This document shows positions 17,294-25,200 of a stretch of 64,000 nucleotides of DNA, one piece after another. A program made the translations under genes and the position numbers. Within the stretch, counting starts at the first letter, position 1; each line of letters begins with the position of its first letter. The DNA is from Candidatus Caccovivens sp. (GTDB lineage: Bacteria > Bacillota > Clostridia > Christensenellales > UBA1242), in contig JBJFCL010000039.1 in the NCBI GenBank assembly GCA_051888935.1, forward strand, positions 9,896 through 73,895, read 5' to 3'. Below the pieces are notes generated by a model. That model was not told where the DNA came from. It saw nothing but the letters and a program-made list of their open reading frames with translations, and did not search any database.

Positions 17294-18085
17294 TTATTTA
17301 TTTTTGTATTTTTTCTTAAATTTTTGCTGTCTTTCCCAAATAGACATAACCCATTTGTGAGGCAAAAGTTTGACCATTGCTGTTTGTGCTTTTGCAATAA
17401 AGCCATAAAGAACAACATCTTTTCTTTTCATTGCTCCCTTCATTGCTTTTTTGATTAGTTTTTCAGGGTCATACATGGCAACATATTTTGTGATAACTTC
17501 TTGCTTTGCGTTGGTCTTTGTTGCTCTATCGAAGAAAGGTGTCTTGGTCCAATATGGGCAAAGACAAGTTACACTGATTTTTCGAGATTTAAGTTCTCTG
17601 TTCAATGCTCGCGAGAAAGATAAAACATATGCCTTGCTTGCACCATACACTGCAATGTAAGGAATAGGTTGAAAAGCGGCGATTGAACCAAACTCAACAA
17701 TTCTTCCACCTTCTTTCATAAAAGGAAGTGCCAAAAGAGTGAGGTGAGTGAGAGCTTTGCAGTTTAAGTCAATCATTCCAAGTTGCGCCTGCAAACTTAT
17801 TTCGTCATAACGACCAAATTTTCCGTATCCACTTGCATTGACAAGCCATTCAACAGTCACATTTTCATTTTTAAGCGCGTTTTCAAGAGTTTCGAAACTC
17901 TCTTCTTTTGTCAAATCCAAATCAAAGAACTTGAAAGGTGTTTTAAGTTCTTCTTTCATTTTGTCCACTTCATCTGTTTGTAAAGCGACTCCCCAGATTT
18001 CGTTAAGCCCAAGTTTGTCAATTTCAAAACAAAATCTTCTACCCATACCAGAAGAAGCACCAGTTATAAGCGCAATTTTTTTCAT
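17294..18085 (-). CDS. short-chain dehydrogenase/reductase (SDR) family oxidoreductase
   Basis: ATG at 18085 after GGAGGG. TGASSGMG cofactor motif and YGASKAY catalytic YxxxK. Confidence 0.85.
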   Translation of the reverse strand: MKKIALITGASSGMGRRFCFEIDKLGLNEIWGVALQTDEVDKMKEELKTPFKFFDLDLTKEESFETLENALKNENVTVEWLVNASGYGKFGRYDEISLQAQLGMIDLNCKALTHLTLLALPFMKEGGRIVEFGSIAAFQPIPYIAVYGASKAYVLSFSRALNRELKSRKISVTCLCPYWTKTPFFDRATKTNAKQEVITKYVAMYDPEKLIKKAMKGAMKRKDVVLYGFIAKAQTAMVKLLPHKWVMSIWERQQKFKKKYKNK

Positions 18086-18173
18086 AATCCCTCCATATGT
18101 GTTGATTTTATCATTTAACAACCAATTGTGCAAAGAAATTTGGCATTATTTTTTAATAAACTTACTTTGTTCG

Positions 18174-18202
18174 TTGACTTTTGAATGATGTTTTGATAAA
18201 AT
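18174..18202 (+). promoter_or_regulatory. near-consensus sigma-A promoter of the ESCRT-like operon
   Basis: TTGACT (18174-18179), 17-nt spacer, TAAAAT (18197-18202), 34 nt upstream of the first ATG. Confidence 0.6.
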
Positions 18203-18236
18203 TTAAGTAGCAGATTATTGGCATTTTAGGGGGAAT

Positions 18237-19061
18237 ATGGAAAACATCATCACTTTTAAAGGACAAAATGTACAGTTGTTTAGCAAAATGGCGGTGCAAA
18301 ATTATTCTGCAAAAACTGCAATTATTGTGCCTGAAACTCATAATGCTATTTTGGTGAAAGACGGGCAAATGCTTCAAACATTATCGTCTGGCAAGTATCT
18401 CATTGGCAAGTTTGTTGATGTTAAAAATGAATTGGAAAGCAATTTGGAAATTTTGTTTATGTCCAAGACTGCAAAACTTAAACTTATGTGGGGAACAGCC
18501 AACAAGTTTGTTATGTATGACTCCACACTTCAAGAAAACTATGGCCTAGGAATGAGTGGAGATTTTGATGTTCAAATTGGTGACCCAAGAAAATGCTATC
18601 TTTATCTCGTCGGTGCAGATAATGACCTTACAAGTGATGCGTTGCAAGAGCGTTTAATGTCCACAGTAGTTTCCACTTTGGAAAATATTGTGATTGAATA
18701 TGTTGAAAAAAACAAGGTGATGTTCAATCAAATTTCCGCTTGTAAGCGTGAAATTTCTGCACAAGCACAAAAGCAATTAAATCAAAAGCTTATGAGTGAC
18801 TATGGTATTGCGGTTTTTTCTTTCAATATTGCAAACATTATAATAGGTGAAGAAGATTTGCAAAGACTGAATCAACAATACAAACAACTCAAAAAAACAG
18901 ATAACTTTGTTTGTCGTGAATGTGGGGCGGTTTTGCATGAAAATGACAAATTTTGCTCTTCTTGCGGAAAGAGAGTTGAAATTGGCAAGAAATGTCCAAA
19001 TTGCTTTACAGAAAATGCAGATGATGCCAAGTTTTGTTCGTCTTGTGGACAAAAACTTTAA
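18237..19061 (+). CDS. SPFH/Band-7-like protein with two C-terminal zinc ribbons (COG4260/YdjI-like)
   Basis: RBS GGGGGA. IIVPETHNAILVKDGQMLQTLSSGKYLI, LEILFMSKTAKLKLMWGT, FDVQIGDPRKC and YGIAVFSFNIANI follow the YdjI-type SPFH pattern. The C-terminus has CRECG..CSSCG and CPNC..CSSCG. Confidence 0.7.
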   Translation: MENIITFKGQNVQLFSKMAVQNYSAKTAIIVPETHNAILVKDGQMLQTLSSGKYLIGKFVDVKNELESNLEILFMSKTAKLKLMWGTANKFVMYDSTLQENYGLGMSGDFDVQIGDPRKCYLYLVGADNDLTSDALQERLMSTVVSTLENIVIEYVEKNKVMFNQISACKREISAQAQKQLNQKLMSDYGIAVFSFNIANIIIGEEDLQRLNQQYKQLKKTDNFVCRECGAVLHENDKFCSSCGKRVEIGKKCPNCFTENADDAKFCSSCGQKL

Positions 19062-19072
19062 AGGAGGGGAAT

Positions 19073-19477
19073 ATGCTGTTTGTTTACATAATTATTATGA
19101 TCGCCATTTTGGGAGTTGCAATATTCTTTATTTGCAAAGAATACATAAAAAAAGATGACTCCGCAAATGAAGGCAGTCGAGGAATAATCAAAAACAAAAA
19201 AACCATTGAAAATATGGTGGCAAATGTGGAAAGTATAATTGTTTATGCTGACGGAAATGATGTGCTTTGTCATAGACTTGTTGAGCTCAAAGACGATATT
19301 CGCTTTTTCAATCCAAGCACCAACAGCAGAGTTGCCATTGTTGACACAAAAATTGCCAACAAATTGGACGACTTAAAGATAATGGTGGCAAAGGATAACA
19401 CCCAAGAAACTTGTTTTAGACTTTTGGAAGAAGTTGAGGCATATGTTTTGGAGCGTAAAAAGGAAGAAAAGAACTGA
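19073..19477 (+). CDS. small N-terminally membrane-anchored protein, unknown family
   Basis: ATG at 19073 lies 5 nt after AGGAGGGG; the ORF-track start at 19034 overlaps the upstream gene. A single TM (LFVYIIIMIAILGVAIFFI) is followed by a roughly 105-aa helical cytoplasmic part. Confidence 0.55.
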   Translation: MLFVYIIIMIAILGVAIFFICKEYIKKDDSANEGSRGIIKNKKTIENMVANVESIIVYADGNDVLCHRLVELKDDIRFFNPSTNSRVAIVDTKIANKLDDLKIMVAKDNTQETCFRLLEEVEAYVLERKKEEKN

Positions 19478-19836
19478 TGAAAAGACAATATGAAACATCA
19501 GAGAATGTATCATCCGAAGACGCAGAGAAGGTTCTTAAAGAACTCAGACTTGGTTATCTCAATTTGTCAGATGGTGCTTTCGAGCAAGCGAAAATGTGTT
19601 TTACACTTGCACTACAATATGACAGCAAATGTGCAGATGCTTATTGGGGATTGATGTTGGAAAAATTCCAAATCAAAAATGAAGATGTTTTGGAAACAGA
19701 ACCAGTCCTTTACAAAAGTGCACTTGCATTGCCAGAATGTCAAAATGCATTGCAGTTTGCCAACGAAAAACAACTTGCTCAATATCAAAACTTGTTGGAA
19801 AGAATAGAAAAAGTCAACGAAGGTGACAACTACTAG
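19477..19836 (+). CDS. small TPR-like helical protein
   Basis: The start overlaps the upstream stop (TGATG). LGYLNLSDGAFEQAKMCFTLALQYDSKCADAYWGLMLEKFQIK resembles the TPR-like segment at the N-terminus of the 1255-aa protein (VGAYELAREQKFNEAVAEFDKILSLYPLSFESFYGKCLAKHKIV). Confidence 0.5.
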   Translation: MKRQYETSENVSSEDAEKVLKELRLGYLNLSDGAFEQAKMCFTLALQYDSKCADAYWGLMLEKFQIKNEDVLETEPVLYKSALALPECQNALQFANEKQLAQYQNLLERIEKVNEGDNY

Positions 19837-19865
19837 AAAAGTATGGAGTGAAAAGAGGAGAGATT

Positions 19866-20477
19866 ATGTGGTGGCCATTTAAAAGAAACAAATTTAAGAA
19901 TTTAAATAGAGAGGACCTTGTAAATTCCATTTGTGAACTTGAACGACAAGAACGCACAGCGGAAGCAGAAGTGTTTCAAAAAATAAAGGAAATTGATGCA
20001 CTTGTGGAAAAAGGAAAGAAAGAGAAAAACAAGGATTTGCAATTGTTTTATGCAAAGAAAATTGCACACTTAAACGAAGAGAAACAAGTTTGCATGGAGC
20101 GAGGAATGTATTTGCTTTACAACATTCGTCTTATGAACAAACTCAAAGACGCTTATGACAGCAACACTTTCTTCAAAACACAAACCAAAGTGCCCCTTTC
20201 AGAATTGCTTGTTGACCAGAAGCGCTTGGCTAAGTTTTTGAACAATGCACTTGAAACAAGAATTGCTTCCGAAGACATACTCACAAGCGCAGACGAACTT
20301 TTTGCCGAAGTTCAGTCAGCATATGATGTGAGTCAACCAATTTATGGAGTTGGCAAAACAGAAGAAGAAATTTTGACTATGTTCGAAAAAGAAAATCAAC
20401 TTGTTGATGAGCAGGAACTTGCACAAGAAAAAACAAGTGAACCTGTAAAAAAAAGAAAAGCAAAAATGGAGGAATAA
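19866..20477 (+). CDS. ESCRT-III (Snf7/CHMP4-like) superfamily protein, paralog A
   Basis: ATG at 19866 after GAGGAG; the ORF-track GTG at 19848 is less likely. 203 aa: basic N-terminus (WWPFKRNKFK), long heptad helical hairpin (KIKEIDALVEKGKKEKNKDLQLFYAKKIAHLNEEKQ...), acidic helical C-terminal half. Confidence 0.5.
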   Translation: MWWPFKRNKFKNLNREDLVNSICELERQERTAEAEVFQKIKEIDALVEKGKKEKNKDLQLFYAKKIAHLNEEKQVCMERGMYLLYNIRLMNKLKDAYDSNTFFKTQTKVPLSELLVDQKRLAKFLNNALETRIASEDILTSADELFAEVQSAYDVSQPIYGVGKTEEEILTMFEKENQLVDEQELAQEKTSEPVKKRKAKMEE

Positions 20478-20480
20478 AAA

Positions 20481-21074
20481 ATGGGACTTTTCAAATCAAA
20501 ACAACAAAAAGAAATTGAGAAAAAGATGCTTATTAAGCGCACAATCAACACTATGAACAAGCAAATAAATCGCTTGGAAGACCAAAAACAAGTGTTTATT
20601 GATGCTGCAAAGAGGGCAAAACAAAAAGGATTGGACGCACAATTCAACTTGGCTCTCTCCGGCTACAAGATGACTGTTCAACAACAAAGAAGAGCACAAG
20701 AAATGCTTTTAAATTTTGAAATAACAGCGCAGATGAAAGATGTGACCATGATGACGAGCGAGTTCTTGCGTGGAATGAGTGATATTTCAAAAGAAATGAC
20801 CCGCCTTGCAGACGCAAAAGAATTTGCAAAAATTCAAGCTCAATTTGAAGAAGCTATGGCTGCCGTTGAAACTCAAACCGACCAAATGGACAATTTTATG
20901 GAGATGAGTCAAGAAACTTTCTACAATCAAAGCAAAGACAAGTCTGGAAAAATGTCAGACGAGGAATTGGAGAAGTTTATTATGGAGCAAGCATCTCAGG
21001 ACGAACTTTCTGCGGAACAAATTGACAAGGAAATGGAAGAACTTAAAAAGAAGATTCAAGACGAAAACAACTAA
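20481..21074 (+). CDS. ESCRT-III (CHMP1/Vps2-like) superfamily protein, paralog B
   Basis: RBS GGAGGAA. 197 aa. The N-terminus is MGLFKSKQQKE. Also present: AAKRAKQKG, a helix-rich core, FEEAMAAVETQTDQMDNFM, and an acidic tail ending SQDELSAEQIDKEMEELKKKI (MIM-like amphipathic helix). Confidence 0.65.
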   Translation: MGLFKSKQQKEIEKKMLIKRTINTMNKQINRLEDQKQVFIDAAKRAKQKGLDAQFNLALSGYKMTVQQQRRAQEMLLNFEITAQMKDVTMMTSEFLRGMSDISKEMTRLADAKEFAKIQAQFEEAMAAVETQTDQMDNFMEMSQETFYNQSKDKSGKMSDEELEKFIMEQASQDELSAEQIDKEMEELKKKIQDENN

Positions 21075-21117
21075 GAATTAACAACTAGTTCAATTAAAGA
21101 TATATAAAGGAAAAATT

Positions 21118-22248
21118 ATGACAGAGACCAGCATGAATGTCTTATCCGACACCTTTGACCTTTATATGAAAAAAGGCAAAGAAGCAAAAACAAAAGGAAA
21201 CATTTCTCTTGCAAAAAGAAATTTTCTTCTTGCAAGTCAGACAATGATGCAAATGGCGAAACAGAGCCAAGGCAAACTTAAAGAAGTGCGTATGGAGCGT
21301 GCTAGACGACTTGTTGAACTTTCTGACAATTTGACCAAAACTCCTGTTAAAAACAGCAAAGATGACAGTTCAAAAGAGGAAGATGAAGACATAAAAAAAT
21401 GGCAATCTGCACAAATTCCAAATATTAAATTTAGCGATGTTGCTGGACTTGACGATGTGAAAAAAGCCATCACAATTCGAATGATAAACCCCATCAAATA
21501 TCCAGACAAATACAAAATGTATGCAAAAAAGACTGGTGGTGGAGTTCTTTTGTATGGACCTCCTGGCACAGGAAAAACTATGATTGCAAAAGCAATAGCC
21601 AATGAAGTGGGTGCAAAGTTTTATGCTGTCAAAGGTTCGGATATTGTAAGCAAATGGGTTGGAGACAGCGAAAAGAATATCAACTCTCTTTTTGAGGAGG
21701 CAAACAAACAAGACCGTGCCATTATTTTTATTGATGAAATGGACAGTCTTATCGGCAAACGCGGTGTTGACACTCACAATGATAAGCGTGTTAACGAGTT
21801 CTTACAACAAATTGATGGCTTTGCTGGCAGAAATCCAAATCTCTTGCTTCTTGGGGCAACAAACCGACCTTGGGATATTGATAGTGCAGCGATGCGTTCG
21901 GGAAGATTTTCACAAAAGATTTATCTTCCTCTCCCAGATGCTCCTGCAAGAAAATTTATGTTGGAAAAGAACATGAAAGGCGTTCCGGTGTCAAAAGATT
22001 TTAATATTGACAAAATTGTGTCACAGACCGAGATGTACAGCGGAGCGGACATTGAAGAACTTTGTGACCGAGCCAAAGATGAACCGCTTTTAAAAGCCAT
22101 TGCCACAGACAGTGTTATCGCAGTGACTAATGAAGATTTTGACAGAGTGCTTGAAGTTTTTCCTCCAAGCGTCACTGCAAAAGAATTGGCGCAGTTTGAA
22201 AATTATAACAAAGATATCAACAAATTATTGTCGAAAAATAAGAAATAA
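21118..22248 (+). CDS. Vps4/CdvC-like AAA+ ATPase with N-terminal MIT-like domain
   Basis: 376 aa. N-terminal three-helix segment: LYMKKGKEAKTKGNISLAKRNFLLASQTMMQMAKQSQGKLKEVRMERARRLVELSDNL. Acidic linker, Walker A GPPGTGKT (21556-21579), Walker B IIFIDEMD (21721-21744), second region of homology ATNRPWDIDSAAMRSGRF, and a meiotic-clade-like C-terminus PPSVTAKELAQFENY. Confidence 0.8.
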   Translation: MTETSMNVLSDTFDLYMKKGKEAKTKGNISLAKRNFLLASQTMMQMAKQSQGKLKEVRMERARRLVELSDNLTKTPVKNSKDDSSKEEDEDIKKWQSAQIPNIKFSDVAGLDDVKKAITIRMINPIKYPDKYKMYAKKTGGGVLLYGPPGTGKTMIAKAIANEVGAKFYAVKGSDIVSKWVGDSEKNINSLFEEANKQDRAIIFIDEMDSLIGKRGVDTHNDKRVNEFLQQIDGFAGRNPNLLLLGATNRPWDIDSAAMRSGRFSQKIYLPLPDAPARKFMLEKNMKGVPVSKDFNIDKIVSQTEMYSGADIEELCDRAKDEPLLKAIATDSVIAVTNEDFDRVLEVFPPSVTAKELAQFENYNKDINKLLSKNKK

Positions 22249-22257
22249 AGGGATTTC

Positions 22258-25200
22258 ATGAGAGAAAGAGCGTGTAAAAATTGTGGAGGCAAGAGTTATG
22301 AGGTTGTTGGGCAAAATATGGTGAAATGCCAATTTTGCGGAACTCTTTATGTTGACGAACACGCATCTAAGGAAGAGGAAGTTCTTCTCGTTGGTGCTTA
22401 TGAACTTGCCAGAGAACAGAAATTCAATGAAGCAGTTGCAGAATTTGATAAAATTTTGTCGCTTTATCCTCTTTCTTTTGAAAGTTTTTATGGCAAATGT
22501 CTTGCGAAGCATAAAATTGTTTTTTACAACACGCGAACAAGCAAAAAACCTCGTTTTTTCGGAGATGAAATTCCATCAATTTTGCAAGATGAAGATTTTT
22601 TGTCAGCAGTAGAAAATGCTCCAACTGAGACGGCAAAAACATATCAAGAACAAGCAAAAAAGATAGAGAAATTGCATCAAAGTTACTTGGAAAACAAAGA
22701 CACGACTTTTGATGTGGTTTTGGCGGACCCAAAACTGGACAAACAAGACGCAATCACTTTGCAAGCGGTCGAAAAATTGAAAGAAGCAGGGTTGAAACCT
22801 TATTTCTTACAAACTGTCAAAGAAAATGAAGCAACCACTTTTTGTGCTCTGAAATCTTGCAAAGTTTTTGTGTTGTTTGCAAATGACAAAAAAGGTTATA
22901 CAAATGCAGAAATCAAAAATTTGTATGATAGATATTTATATTTTATTTCACTTAAACAAAAAGCAAAATCCAGTTTGATAATTGCTCTTGACAGCAATAA
23001 TATCTCTCTTGATGTTCTGCCAAAAAAAATAACAACTTGCAAAAGCGTACTTGACTTAAATTCAACTTCATTTTTGCCTGATTTTGTCACAAAAGTGAAA
23101 GAAGAGATGTCCAAAACCATTGAAGTGATGGCGAGAATTGACACTGTCACAATTGAGAAAGTGACACCTCAAAAGAAAGAATATGTTGATGTTGAAAGTA
23201 TCGAACCAACAGACCTTGGGCACTATCATGTCGACAACATTAAACTTACAGATGAGAACAAAATAAAATGGTTATATTTGTGTTTAAAGAATGGAGATTT
23301 TGAATCCGCACAAGAAGTTGTTGAAAGCGAACTTGAAAAAAATAGTGTTTCATCGGAAATTGTGTTTGCACAAATGCTTTTGAAACGCCAAATAAAAACG
23401 CCAGATGAATTTTTTTCTAGTATCACAAATTTTCAAGACAAAGAAGAAATCGACAATCTTTTACAAAATGCCAACAAAGAATTTGCAGAGTATTTTGTGG
23501 ATAGTTTTGAAAACCTGATTATCAAACTTGACAATGAAGAATATTATGAAAAATACCTCTTGTATCTTGCAGGATTTAACACACCAAATCGTGAAAACTT
23601 TGTAAACAAAGCAGAAGATAAAGCAGTTGAAACTTTGGACGAAGATTTGATTGATATGGTGCTCAAATGTTTCAAGGCAGATGAAGTTGACAAATTTATA
23701 AATTTTTATTATTTGCTTGCTCAAAAGAGCGATGACAAAACTTATTACGAAAAAATTTTGCAAATTGACGAAGGTCATGAACAAAGCAATTTAGCAATGC
23801 TTTTATCTCATTTTAAAAGCACAGAGGACATTTTGTCCTATCAAAATCGTGAGCAAATTGAAGGAGTGTTTAAATATTTAAACGAAGATGCTCGTGCTCA
23901 TTTTGTTTCTGCCGTGGTGGATTTGATTTTGCCTGTGGCTTTTTGTGACCTTGAAAAAGCGCAATCCCAACTTGATTTTTATTTAGCATATGTGACGGAT
24001 ACAAAAAAATTGGTGGAACTTTTGAGAGAAATAGCAATAAAATTTCAAAGAATGAGATTTTTTAAAATTGCCGAGCGTTATATTTCAATAGCAATTTCCA
24101 AAGAACCTAATAGAGCGGAATTTTATTGGTTTTTGATATCCATAAAAGCACATTGCGTAAACGACAACGAAATGATTATGTCCATGAACAAAATCACTCA
24201 GTTTCCAGAGTGGGAAACACTTCTTTCTGTTGCAAATGAAAGTGAAGCTGAAAAATATGCCAATATTGCAAGCAAAATAAAACTCTACGAAGGACAAAAA
24301 ATTCCTTTAAAAGAGGAAATGTTAGACAAAAAACAACTAACAGAAAAATTAAATGATTTCATAATCAGAAATGAAAAGATTTTGCTTGAAATACAGAAAC
24401 AAGACGAAAAATATGCGAAAGGTGTGCGTTATTACAGTATGCAAATTCAACCTTTCAAAAATTATATGGAAGAATTGTCCAAAATTGAAGAATTTAGAGA
24501 TTATGAAGCAGTTTTTTCTAAAATTTGTACTCGTTTGGAACTTTTAGATTTAAATCTTTCAACTTCAATAAATGTTTCTCATCTTATGGACAGAGATGAA
24601 GGCTTGAAAAAAATATATGAAAATGCGCCAAGCATAGACGAGGAAAAAAGCAAACAAAGAAACAATGCTTCACATAAAAAGTTTTGGAAGAATTTTTTGA
24701 TTGTATTTTTGGGATTTGTTCCACTTTTGTTTACAACACTTTTGTTGGTCGTGACAACAATTGCACCAAAAGAAGTGTACATGTATTTTAATCAAGATTT
24801 CTTAGTGTACAGTGTGATATATAGCGTTGTGTTTGGAATGGTTTGTTTCGCAGTTTATGCAATAAACAAACATCAACTTAGCAAAAAGTGGAAAGTAATA
24901 GACCTTTTGCTGTTTATGATTGCTTTTGTCAATCTTTTGATTCTAACAATCGGAATATATTTTTTGCCAGGCACAGTTGGAATCACAAATGCACACGAAT
25001 TTGATGTTTTGTTACACAATGCAAGTGCTTCCAATTTTGTTTTAGAAGGAGATATTGACCTCAAAGACATTGAATGGTCACCAGTAAACTTTACAGGTAC
25101 ATTGAACGGACAAAATCATAAAATCGAAAATTTGAAATTTAAATCACAAAAATCATTGTCACTATTTGGGAGAAATAGTGGAAATATTGCCAATCTTCAA

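Noticed and set aside
20481-21074. Calling this simply PspA/IM30
   Set aside because: The protein is shorter than typical PspA. It has a CHMP-like MGLF N-terminus and a MIM-like acidic tail, and it sits next to a MIT-AAA ATPase. PspA remains the fallback if profile searches disagree, and both belong to the same superfamily.
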